A DNA stretch of 64,000 nucleotides from Eledone cirrhosa (taxonomy: Eukaryota): positions 79,670,001-79,734,000 of the forward strand of contig OZ024741.1 of assembly GCA_964016885.1 (NCBI GenBank), in the 5' to 3' direction. Below, in pieces: positions 13,885-25,439 of this stretch. How positions within the stretch are numbered: position 1 is the first letter of the stretch; every line of letters starts with the position of its first letter. The notes under the pieces were generated by a model. The model was not told where the DNA came from, did not search any database, and saw nothing but the letters and a program-made list of their open reading frames with translations. Position numbers and translations under genes: made by a program.

Positions 13885-14288
13885 TACATGAATTGATGTA
13901 TGACATACCTCAACGGTTTTGATAGTTCAATTCCAGTATTGGCAGTGATTTATTACAACAAATCTCAACATTTATATACCACAAATAATAACATGATAAA
14001 CTTAAATTTAAAGAAGAAGAAGACGTGGAGCGAGATAGGGATATAAAGAGGAAGTGAATATGAGGAGATGCAAGAAAAAAATAAAATAAATAAATACATA
14101 CATACATAAATATTTAAATGAGTAAATAGATGTATTAGGGAAGAAATATATAAAAAGACATGTGAACGTCTTCATTTATTAATATTCTGAATAATATTAA
14201 TAACTCCAGAAAACTTTATTGTAGAGTGCTTTTAATCTATTGTAAAACTATATTCATTGAGTAATCAATGAACCATATTAATCTTTGG

Positions 14289-14346
<58 letters not shown>

Positions 14347-14570
14347 ACATACAGTGGCGGACTGGGTCTAAAAATATTGGATGCCAGGAGATGAAGGGGG
14401 CCCACCTACATATAGAATGGTGTAATTTAATTTTTTATAATGAATAAATAACATTTTCAAGCAATACTTAAGTGGAAACAAAACAGTGTAATCAAATTTT
14501 TGCGGAAAAATATCTCACTCAATATATATATATATATATATATAAATGGAAAGCACGAACAGGGGTAATT

Positions 14571-14666
14571 TCCCATCATCAGTTGATCCTGGGGATCGTG
14601 GACATTTCTACGCATTAAAGACAAGATGCCTAGCTCCAGTGCGTCAATAACTAAAGGAAGTTATTG
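14571..14666 (-). ncRNA. Putative non-circularly permuted hammerhead ribozyme, copy 1
   Basis: Minus order: hairpin caataact/agttattg, cgca, ggcaT-C-ttgtct, tgcg-ta-GAAA-tgtc, ggatcaa-CTGATGA-t. Confidence 0.6.
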
Positions 14667-14783
14667 GGGAAAAAAAGAGAGAGAGAGAGACAAAAATATA
14701 ACAGAAGGGGAAAAAGAAAGGAAAAAAACCTAAAAAAAAATCGGAAAAAAACATACCGAAGAGGGAAACATGAGAAGCACGTG

Positions 14784-14850
<67 letters not shown>

Positions 14851-14854
<4 letters not shown>

Positions 14855-15835
14855 TATAAAGTATGTCCATAGAATCATTTGATAATATATATACACCATT
14901 TCCTCTCCCAATTAGCATAATTAACCACACAAAAAATCAATTAGACCAGGCTATAAGATTAAAAGGCACCTATGAAGAAATAGTAGATAAATAAACGACA
15001 GCAATCTCTTCGCGACCAACCGCCATAGAATATTTACCCAACATTTCAATAGCACGTGGAAATCGATTAAATATACCGTCAACCATACACAATTAGGTAT
15101 AAAATTAAAGTTAGAAGAAAAAATGCATATACACATACCAGGATTACGTTTCTACCTTAGGGTTTCGTTCGCTTTCGGAAATATCCTATTAAGGATAACA
15201 TCTCGAGCTTCGAACTCATCAAGAAACAAACTCATTTGGACAAAGAATTTTCTTAATTGATCTCCGCCAGAAACGAATTCAAAATGGCTAAGAACTGTGA
15301 CGTGGCAGTGGTAAAGTCAGAAAGAATGTGATTGGTTGCTTACGGCGAGTGGGCTGGTTGCTAGAAAGCGCAGCCCAATATTGCCCAAATTGCATCTCAA
15401 CCTTATGGGAGATTATTAAATATAAAGATTTACATATACACAAACTAGACAAAGTCACAGATATATATGTTTTGACAACCATTCACGACGTGGCTCAATG
15501 ATGAATTAATAAATTAAATAATCGAGCAATATACTATAAAGTATGTTCATAGAATCATTTGATAATATATATACACCATTTCCTCTCCCAATTAGCATAA
15601 TTAACCACACAAAAAAAATCAATTAGACCAGGCTATAAGATTAAAAGGCACCTATGAAGAAATAGTAGATAGATAAACGACAGCAATCTCTTCGCGACCA
15701 ACCGCCATAAAACATTTACCAACATTTCAACAGCACGTGGAAATCGATTAAATATACCGTCAACCATACACAATTAGGTATAAAATTAAAGTTAGAAGAA
15801 AAAATGCATATACACATACCAGGATTATGTTTCTA
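14851..15835 (-). mobile_element. Retrozyme-like non-coding element: 680-bp period, 1.45 units, flanked by (TA)n
   Basis: Near-identical direct repeats 14851-15154 and 15531-15835; HHR at the unit junction. Confidence 0.7.
15148..15227 (-). ncRNA. Type I hammerhead ribozyme with extended stem II
   Basis: Minus: gtttc TTGATGA GTTCG...(tatcc/ggata inner hairpin)...CGAAC GAAA CC-CTAA-GG TA gaaac. Confidence 0.75.
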
Positions 15836-15859
15836 TATATTTATATATGTTTGTGTGCG

Positions 15860-15949
<90 letters not shown>

Positions 15950-16057
15950 TAAAAGGAAAAGAAAATGCTGACAAATTTTTCCCGGTGAAAAATAGTTTAA
16001 TTAGGAATAAGTATAAATTAGTAATAAGTATTGGTTAGTATTCAGTTTTAGATTTAA

Positions 16058-16095
16058 GTTTTTACCGGTTGCGCATTTCTAATGCTTTTCAAAAA
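16058..16095 (-). ncRNA. U3-A8 variant hammerhead (degenerate copy)
   Basis: Minus: ttt TTGAAAA GCATT-aga-AATGC GCAA CCGG TA aaa (GAAA reads GCAA). Confidence 0.45.
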
Positions 16096-16132
16096 TAATT
16101 TTGAGATAGAGCGTTCGTGATGTTTGCTCTAA

Positions 16133-16172
<40 letters not shown>

Positions 16173-16183
16173 ATATGTGTGTG

Positions 16184-16215
<32 letters not shown>

Positions 16216-16275
16216 CACCACCTTCACCACTAATTGATTTATATATATATATATATATATATGTTATATGTGTGC

Positions 16276-16319
<44 letters not shown>

Positions 16320-16710
16320 CACCTTCACCACTAATTTATTTGACAGATGTCTTTAGTGTTCTGTCAGACCTAGGATTATTTACTTGAGTAAATATCACCG
16401 GAATCTAACTACTAAATTTTATACAGAAAAATATAAGATATATTTACAAAACACCATATTAAATACAAGTCTTCATTTTATTGTAACTCCATTATAATTG
16501 TGGTACACAAATATCCTCGTACATATTTAGGTATAGTCCAAGCCAGTGATTAACATGTTCATCTTCAGTGTTGTCGTTTCGAAGGAAAAGCGCCAAAGAG
16601 AGAAAGAGCTGGCTGTGTTGCCGCTATTTATAACCTCTTTCCGGAAGTTGCAAAAGAGGGTTCTAGACTTTCGACGGGAAGTAACTCTAACTACTTCCCT
16701 GTCTAGAGAG

Positions 16711-16766
<56 letters not shown>

Positions 16767-16767
16767 T

Positions 16768-17345
16768 CTGGCGAAGGACTATTTTTATCATATGTAATCC
16801 ATGTGCAGCCACGCAGAAATTCTTCTTTCTTCTCATGTTTTTTTTATATATATTTACCTCGGCTGCGTTTGTCTCTTTCTCTCTTACTGCTTCCCCGTTC
16901 TCTCTGTTTCTCTCACCTTCTTTCGCCCCATCTGTCAGTTACACTTTCTCTCGACTGACCGCTTCCTCGAACTTCCACTCACTCACTCTCTGTTTCTCCC
17001 CTTTAGCTTACAGTGGGTGTCTTCTTGCTTACATCTCACTCACGTCGGACGGTCTGTACCTTTCGCTCATGGAATCCACCCAGCTTATGCTGACCGGACA
17101 ACCATGTTGCTTGTTTTTTTCCTATCTTTGGTTTGCTTTTATCCTTCTATCTTGTTTACTTGTCCCCCCTCGCTTTACGCGATTTACTTGTCCCAATAAC
17201 TTTTTTTAGTTATTGCTCGCACCAACCTGAGGTATATGATTTTTAATGCGATGAAATACCAATGATGGTTGGAAAATCACTGACGAAGGACTATTTTTAT
17301 CATATGTAACCCATGTGCAACCACGCAGTATTCTTCTTTCTTCTC

Positions 17346-17352
<7 letters not shown>
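16768..17352 (+). mobile_element. Retrozyme-like element, ~512-bp period, CT-rich body, flanked by (TA)n
   Basis: ~75-bp direct repeat ctg(g/a)cgaaggactatttttatcatatgtaa...tctcatgtttt at 16768 and 17280. Confidence 0.65.
17194..17298 (+). ncRNA. Putative non-circularly permuted hammerhead ribozyme, copy 2 (best preserved)
   Basis: ggtaT-A (17231-17236), stem I tgatttt (17237-43)/aaaatca (17273-79), GAAA 17253-56 + tacc, CTGACGA 17280-86; extra helices tcgca/tgcga and ccaacc/ggttgg. Confidence 0.65.
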
Positions 17353-17419
<67 letters not shown>

Positions 17420-17551
17420 ATATGTATATGTATATATATATACACCACCTTCACCACTAATTGATTTGACAGATGTCTTTAACCCATTGATACCAAACAT
17501 TATTTGGTCAGTAGTTCGTGTGTATGTGTAAGTATATATATATATATATAT

Positions 17552-18087
17552 GTCGGGTCACTCTTGAGTGCTACTGGTAACATGTAACCCAGTACAACCT
17601 GTCGCACGGTAGGATTGTCGGCGACTAAACCGGCAACCCCACCAAGTTTACTTGGTGAGGAGGGTGATTTAGGATACCCTGCAAGACAAAAAACAATACC
17701 TGACAAAGGGCGGAAGAACTCATAAGAGTCAACGGCCATCCAAAAATGTGTAAATATGTATATACACATGTACATATGTATGTGTGTATATACACGGGTG
17801 CATGTGTATGTATATGCACAAGGACATAGAAATAGTCGAGCTGGACACTCGATCGTGCAGTTAAACCAGTGGGAGTGAAGGAGCCCTAGATTTTGTCAGG
17901 GCATTCTTCTAGGAGAAGGCAACCCAGCAAACTGGGATAACTCCGATAAAATCTGTGGTTCAGTAGTTACCGATGATGTTGATCGTTTCTTCTTTTCGGG
18001 TATTAGCTACTGTCGCTCAGAGAGTGGGATTGGCTCAGTGCACAGTCTTTCCTCACTTTAAAAAATATCTTCACGCACAGGCATTGC
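17552..18087 (+). mobile_element. RTE-5'UTR-like repeat, copy 2 (split by a simple repeat)
   Basis: Homologous to 1338-1748 (gagtgctactggtaacatgtaaccc...gtcaacggccatccaaaa; ctaggagaaggcaac). Confidence 0.55.
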
Positions 18088-18448
18088 ACGATAGAATTAA
18101 TTAATAATTATTAATAATGGTACAGGCATTGCACGATAGAATTAATTAATAATGGTATATCCTGTAATGGCCATACTCGATAACGAGGGGGCAGCTATCA
18201 TCATATATATCTATATATATCCATATATGTTTGCATGCATGAATAGATACACTAAGCTTTAGGTTTAGTAGAATGTACTGATTCCAGCTATTTACACTAT
18301 CAGCAAAGTTTTGGACCCTAAAATACTATAGTAGGCCCTGCAATGCTACTGTGGGCCCTGCAATACTACCGTGGGCTATTGAGCAACCTGGCCAGTCCAC
18401 CACACTCTCTCTCTCTCTCTCTCGCTCTCACTCTCTCTCGCTCTCTCC

Positions 18449-18480
<32 letters not shown>

Positions 18481-18482
<2 letters not shown>

Positions 18483-19012
18483 GAAGTAAAAATTAGAAAG
18501 AGAAGCGAGGACTATCCTTCATCAGTGATTTACTAGCCATCATAGGTATTTCTTCGCATTAACGATCAGATACCTCTGGCTAGCGCGAACAATAACTAAA
18601 ATAAGTTATTGGGATAAAAAGAATTGGGTGGAGAAAGAGAGACATGTGAACAACAAGAATGGTGAAGCAACGTAAAGAGAGGAAAAATGAGAAAATCAAG
18701 TCAGTGATTCATTTGAACATAAGAACTTGCGAACATTGGCGAGAAGACGAAAGACCATCCGTACTGTGCGAAAGATGAACGAGAAAAAAATTTCGTACGG
18801 TGCCGGACGTTGGGGGAAGTGAGAGAGGGTGAGTAGCAGAGAGTGAGTGAGTGAGTGAAAGTGTGAGGAAGAGGCTAGCCGAGAGAGGGTGACTAGCAGA
18901 GGGGGAGAATGAAAGTAAAAGGGAGAAGGAGAGAGAAGGGGGAGAGAGAAAGAGGATAGCAGTAAGGGAAGAGAAAAAGACAGGTTACAGCGAAGGGGAA
19001 AGCATATAGGAA

Positions 19013-19061
<49 letters not shown>

Positions 19062-19289
19062 GAAGAATGGCGTGCTATGTTGTTGCGAATGTGATACATA
19101 TGAAGTAAAAATCAGAAAGAGAAGCCGGGACTATCCTTCATCAGTGATCTACTAGCCATCATAGGCATCTTCGCATTAAAGATCAGATACCTCCGGCTAG
19201 CGCGAACAATAACTAAAATAAGTTATTGGGATAAAAAGAATTGGGTGGAGAAAAAGAGACAGGTGAACAACAAGAATAGTGAGGCAACA
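18481..19289 (-). mobile_element. Retrozyme-like element, ~620-bp period, with permuted-HHR copies 3 (18512-18611) and 4 (19131-19228)
   Basis: ~190-bp direct repeats 18481-18671 / 19100-19289; same motif family as 14571 and 17194. Confidence 0.65.
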
Positions 19290-19898
19290 AAAGCGTGAAA
19301 TGTCTTTACCGACAAGATAAACTACCACCGGGTCGTCCATGCATGTCACACCCCACAAACTCCCGCTACCTGTTTCCACCAAGTCTTTGACTTACCAATA
19401 CACATTCCAAAACGCGCCCACCCGCACACACACACCCTGCTTCCTGTTTACAACCAAACAAGTCTTTGACTGAACAATGCACACTCCAAAACGCGCACAC
19501 ACACGAATCCTTAATTGCTCACGCGCTCACGTAAATACGCACATGAATACCGGTGAATACACACCCGCTTGCCACCCCACAAATTACACAAAATTATACA
19601 CATACGCCCACACACACATAAAATAGGGCAAAATCCTATATATATATATATATATATACATTATCAGTCCACATACCACAACAAAAATATATCTTTTGTC
19701 GTATCACCAGTCTGAAGAGTAGATCGATACTGGAGTCGGGTCCATAAATCCTATGGGTCACCTTGAGCCAATCCTCTGCGATAAGCGCACAACAGGTCGA
19801 TACGCAATAAATATTTTTCATATGTAAACCAAACTTCCTCGTTTTTTTCTATTATATACACTCTGCTTGTGCATAGAGTGCTTGATTTGGTACCAATA

Positions 19899-19962
<64 letters not shown>

Positions 19963-19970
<8 letters not shown>

Positions 19971-21055
19971 GACGTAAAATAAGAAAATTATTAAAATTAA
20001 CTTACTAAAATTTCACTCCAACTAATTAGTTTCTGAAAGGGAATAAACATGGTTTCCGAATGGAACCCATGGAGAAAGCCTTTCGTCATCAGGAAGTCTA
20101 TTCTCAGCTAATTTCCCAGGCGATGCGTGGACACAGGGAACTTATACAAAAATAATTCAGTGGATGGAAAAAAGCAAGCGTGGACTAAATTTCAAGACAT
20201 TGAAAAAATCACTGCCTACTTGGTCGGTGGCAAATTCAAAAGAATCAATCACGTGACATCGAGGTTAATCAGTGAGTGGGGTAGACTTCCTGATGACGAA
20301 AGGCTTTCTCCATGGGTTCCATTCGGAAACCATGTTTATTCTCTTTCAGAAACTAATTAGTTGGAGTGAAATTTTAGTAAGTAAGTTAATTTTTATAATT
20401 TTCTTATTTTACGTCTTTCATATAATTGTTCTGCATCCCCTTGCATTGAACCACAAAGTTACTAAGACAAAACCTATATATTTGCTAGCATAGGTATGCA
20501 TCTGTATATATATGTTGGTAGATATACTAATTCTTTATAATTATCTCCAAATGATTTTGTTTAGCAAAAATTTGCCAAAACTGCTACTATAGTTCATAGT
20601 AATAGTTCGGCTACTGTCTTCTTAACACCCCACTCCTCACTGATTAACCTCGATGTCACGTGATTGATTCTTTTGAATTTGCCACCGACCAAGTAGGCAG
20701 TGATTTTTTCAATGTCTTGAAATTTAGTCCACGCTTGCTTTTTTCCATCCACTGAATTATTTTTGTATAAGTTCCCTGTGTCCACGCATCGCCTGGGAAA
20801 TTAGCTGAGAATAGACTTCCTGATGACGAAAGGCTTTCTCCATGGGTTCCATTCGGAAACCATGTTTATTCCCTTTCAGAAATTAATTAGTTGGAGTGAA
20901 ATTTTAGTAAGTTAATTTTAATAATTTTCTTATTTTACGTCTTTCATATAATTGTTCTGCATCCCCTTGCATTGAACCACAAAGTTACTAAGACAAAACC
21001 TATATATTTGCTAGCATAGGTATGCATCTGTATAGATATACTAATTCTTTATAAT
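19963..21055 (+). mobile_element. Mini-Penelope-like element: inverted 5' segment plus 530-bp tandem unit with hammerhead-like core
   Basis: 19963-20280 is the reverse complement of ~20628-20950; tagacttcCTGATGAcgaa...ttcgGAAAccatg starts at 20282 and 20812; flanked by (TA)n. Confidence 0.7.
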
Positions 21056-21084
21056 ATATATATATACACACACACACATATATA

Positions 21085-21270
21085 AGAAACAAAAAGAAAA
21101 AAACGAAATGTCCAACACGGGTGAAAGTATAAGGAAAAGAAATTGAAAATGCAACTGGAGTCTTAAGAATGTTTATTTATTTACTTTACCGGTTTCACAG
21201 TTCTTATGATTTTCAAAAGTAAAATTGAGATGGAGGGTTGTCTTTCTGTTGCGGTTTGTCTCGCATCTGA
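21085..21270 (-). mobile_element. Short repeat carrying a U3-A8 hammerhead (21181-21223); family also at ~15950-16135, 35203-35345 and 48360-48570
   Basis: Minus: ttactt TTGAAAA tca-taagaac-tgt GAAA CCGG TA aagtaa; shared flank aaaatgcaactggagt. Confidence 0.65.
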
Positions 21271-21480
21271 TACCATTAGCACACTAATTTCACGAGTTGA
21301 TCGTATCAACTGAAATAATCTCCGTCGTAACCGACGGAGTATCAGCTATATCTCTATATACACAAAATAAAGGTAACAGAGACTGCGTAAATGTAGATAT
21401 AAATTTACATATTGAGTGTTTAGACATATAAACATGCTAAATGTGCGAATTTACCACCGAATTGAAAAAGTAATAAATAC

Positions 21481-21524
21481 CTATAACCGGTTTTCAAGCC
21501 TAGTTGAGCTTTCATCAGAATATA
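21481..21524 (-). ncRNA. Minimal hammerhead-like motif with weak stem I
   Basis: Minus: CTGATGA AAGC-tcaactag-GCTT GAAA ACCGGT TA. Confidence 0.5.
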
Positions 21525-21863
21525 TGTGTATCATCTTCACAACCAGAACGAAATACATAATCGAATTATACATTATACTCAAAGCCCAACTAAGCGTGAA
21601 AGTCAGTTAAAAGTAGTTCTAATTCTTATATGTGGCTTTAGTTACGGGAATTAGAGACAAGTAGTTGAGCATGCGTCATCAAGGGAGAATGAAGAGAGAG
21701 AGGGAAGAGAGGGGGATAGAGAGAGAGGGAAGAGAGAGAGCGGGAAGAGAGAGAGGGGGAAGAGAGATGGGGGAAGAGAGAGGGGTGAGAGAGTTGCCAT
21801 GTTGGTAAGTAAACAGCTAGTTAAAGAAACCCATAGCGTTACAATAGTAATAAATAGGAAATT

Positions 21864-22438
21864 AAACGAAATTTCATTTCCCACTCTTAGTACGGCTGTT
21901 ACTTAAATATAAGTATGTACACACAAGTACACATACGTACATATATATATGTGTGCATGTATGTATATATTTATACATACTACTGTACATCTGTATACAT
22001 ATATGTATGTACGTGTACATACTTATATTTAAGTAACAGCCATACTAAGAGTGGGAAATGAAATTTCGTTTCATTTTTTCCGTTTATCGTTTTCGGTGCA
22101 CCCGGCCGATTAACCCACTCTATATGCAAATTGGGCTACTCAGCCGTTAATATGCATAAGGTAAGTATATACGTTCAACAATCTGGCAGGAAGGTATACG
22201 TTGCTGACGATAGCTAATAAGCTTGAAACTAGTACAGCGTTCCTTTGTCAGTGTTGAACAAACGAGCAACGATGGTTGCTAGACACTACGGCTTAATACG
22301 GGATATTTGTTTACAAACACACCGAGCATTATAATAAATGTTCGGTGAATCCATACGTACATATATATGTGTACATGTATGTATATATACATACTACTGT
22401 ACGTCTGTATACATATATGTATGTACGTGTACATACTT
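21864..22438 (+). mobile_element. Mini-Penelope/retrozyme insertion with 14-bp TSD
   Basis: TSD ataaataggaaatt at 21850-21863 and 22439-22452; inverted 5' piece (21864-21922 vs ~22013-22071); direct repeat 21932-22026 / 22352-22441; HHR inside. Confidence 0.75.
22199..22239 (+). ncRNA. Minimal type I hammerhead ribozyme
   Basis: cgttg CTGACGA t-AGC-taataa-GCT-t GAAA CTAG TA cagcg. Confidence 0.75.
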
Positions 22439-22558
22439 ATAAATAGGAAATTGGCTTACGGAAATAAAGAAAATTCGGCAGACGAACGAACAAAAGCCTG
22501 TTTTCTTCGTCGATCACTCATTGGACAATACAATTTCCTGCAGAAGGGTGGTAATGCA

Positions 22559-22747
22559 TAATTGTTTCTACTTTTGGCACAAGGCCAGAAATTACCCAGT
22601 GCATTACTGGTACTTTATTTTATCGACCCCGTAAGGATGAAAGGCAAAGTTAACCTCGGCGGGATTTGAACTCAGATCATAAAGGGACGTAACTCTATGC
22701 TGCAAAGCATGGTGCCCGACTCTCTACCGATACTGCCAATCCACCGT
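22559..22747 (-). mobile_element. Meta-SINE, close to consensus
   Basis: Nearly identical to the copies at 49648 and 281. Confidence 0.9.
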
Positions 22748-25439
22748 GTATAATACACAGTAATTCAGTGGAAGAAGAGTCAAGCAGTATCTCATTGTGG
22801 TTATTATATCAAAGTTGATCAAATATATTTATAGAGCAAAATTGTGACCGAACTACAAGAGCAGTCAGACCTGTCAACTCTCCCCGTCCGAAGGGGAAAT
22901 CTCCCACTTTGGGGGGAGTGATAGATATCTTCTCTTGTGAAAATGGGTATAGCTTTCATTATGTAAAATCTCCCCATTTTGCATCATTTCTCCCTGTTTT
23001 AGGGCGTTTTATTGCATGGTACTCCCTGTTCGGGTTTTTAGAGGTTGACAAGTTTGAACAGTATTTCCCAAAGTCGATTTCGAGGAAGTTCTGTGCCTCA
23101 TGAAACAATCTCAGGGTTTCATTATCTAAGGTATCCTTTAATAAAATTTAATAGAAATGTTTTTTTTTATTTTATACGAATAAATTCTCTCTCTAAAGCA
23201 AATTTTGTTTACATTTTTTGTTTAGAGTAGCTTGGATTGTCCCTCACATATTCCTAAGTATGGATTCCACGTCAAAATGTGTTTTTGAGCAACAGAAGCA
23301 AAGAAATATGTATGTAGAAAAAAACTGGAACAAGTGAATACTCCAATCCTACTTGAGTGTTACTCATCATATGACTAGAAATGTTGAGAACTAGCTTCAC
23401 CATAGTGATTAAGCAATATCTGTTAATGTTATATAGGTATGATAATTATGAAAAGCGGAAACAATTTTTATAGAAAATTACTAAGTTGCCACTAGAGCTA
23501 TATTTTCACTATGTAAATTAAATAGACGAATCATTTAAACGGCATCAAATTCTCCATTTCGAAACATTATATATTCCAACCAACAATTTACCAACAATTA
23601 TTTCTTCATTCGTTATTAATTCTTCATATGACTACATCTTACTTAAACTGCTTAGAAAATTACAGATTCAAACTTATAGATCGCCAATTCTATCAGTTTA
23701 TCTGAAATTGTCAGTTTCAATCTTATAACCTCGCAACAAACCAATAAAAGCCATGGCTATAAAAGTTATTTTCTTGAACTATTCTTTTCTTTTTGTATTC
23801 ATATTTTAGTCAATTATTGTGAAGTAAATATTTGTATGATAATTTTTTTGTATAGTTTTACCTCAGAAGTTAATTTACAATAAATTAGTTAATTATACAA
23901 AATCCAATATTTGTATCATAAATATACATAGTAATCAATGCAGCTAACTTAATTCCAATAAGATGGCGAGCCACCAACTATAAATATTTTTATCATTATA
24001 TAGTTAAGTTACCTTCTCACTTAGCGGCATTATACTTAGTGTAATGAGGAAAATAAGAAAACACTAACTCAATTATAAGTACAGGTGACAACTCCGGACA
24101 TATTCCGATTTTATTTAGATTTGCTCAGCTAAGCATAGCTTTCTTCGTTCTCGTCGGATTAGAAATGGAAAAATCACTATATTGACGTACAATAATCTAC
24201 ACGAGTATTATTTTCTTCAACCTTAGATAAAGATCTTAACAAATAGTGTTTTAGTCAATTTCTTTCTTGTTTTCGTTGGTTTTCTTTCTGATATTCTTAC
24301 TTTCTTGTTGTTTTGCTTTGTTCCTTTGTTTGGTTCTGGAGAAAGGTGTTGTAACTGAGATCGATGCAGTTAATGTTTTTCTTGAAAAGGTGTAAGTTTC
24401 TGGTTGCAAGAAAACCATATATAGAGAAGAGAATTCTGGAAGCCAGCTTTCTGAAAAGTAATGATTGAATATAGAGGTTAATGTGAGGCTGGTGTTGACG
24501 CAGGGGACAATATGGGTTACGAGATGGGGAGGGTGAGGGAATCGTGAGTGTTTAAAATGAGAGGCTTTTCACATGGTACTGCTGTTATGGGCAATGCTAT
24601 CGAAACTTATATCTCCATCGTTGGCCCATGTTGCAAGGTTTCACATTGTCTTTATATTTTAATCAATTTTATTACAACCCCCATACGATCTAATCAAAGA
24701 ATTCAAGCCACGAAACTGCGACCCACCTTTAACTAATTTCCCCGCCACCATCCGTCACGCCTTCCTATCAGCTAATGGTAGCCTTTATGTGGCATTCGAT
24801 CTGTTAGAATAGCAACCTATTCTCCCTCAAATAGAAAATAGAAAAGGATACACTAGACAATGTAGTCACTGATGTACAGAAAGACGGGATGGTCACGACA
24901 GGAATAACATTCTCTATGTAAGCAGGCCTGAGGTTGAACAACAGCAATTTTTGATTACAAAAGAAATGGAAGTAGTTGATAGAAAAGGCCGCCACAGAAA
25001 TGTGGTATCTGTGAGAATATATAAATACATACAACATATCTTTGTTACAAATGTTATATTCCGGTACAGAAAACATGCTAACGTTAGACTTTCAGCTGTA
25101 TTTAATTATTATTTCAGGCATTAACTATGAACAACAACCACCACTTACTTAAACACAATAAGAACAGGAAACAAAGTAAAACCACAACAAAAAAGAACTT
25201 TACAACAAAAATACAAGTATGCTTGGCATTTTCGTTCTCTATTATACCGAGAAATATTTACAACAATTTACATTTACAACCAATTTCTATTGGTGCTTAA
25301 TACCTTTTACATTCACAATCGTTACTTTTATTCTGGAAACTTTCTCTCATAAAGGAACAACTAGTCGTTAACAGAGAAACAAGAATTTCTCCAACAGAAT
25401 TAAACAAATATTATCTATGTTGTTGTTCTTTAACTCCAG

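Larger units (their letters stand above)
14352..18403. mobile_element. Probable hAT MITE ends enclosing a nested stack of insertions
   Basis: CAGTGGCGGACTGG at 14352 and CCAGTCCACCAC at 18392-18403; GGGCCC subterminal motifs at both ends. Confidence 0.45.

Noticed and set aside
16545-16590. Minus-strand GAAA-cgacaaca-CTGAAGA as another permuted hammerhead
   Set aside because: No complementary strand with a UH site found nearby, and stem II does not close.
19706-19815. CTGAAGA followed by a long possible stem II
   Set aside because: GAAA reads GCAA and stems I and III could not be assigned; too degenerate to call.
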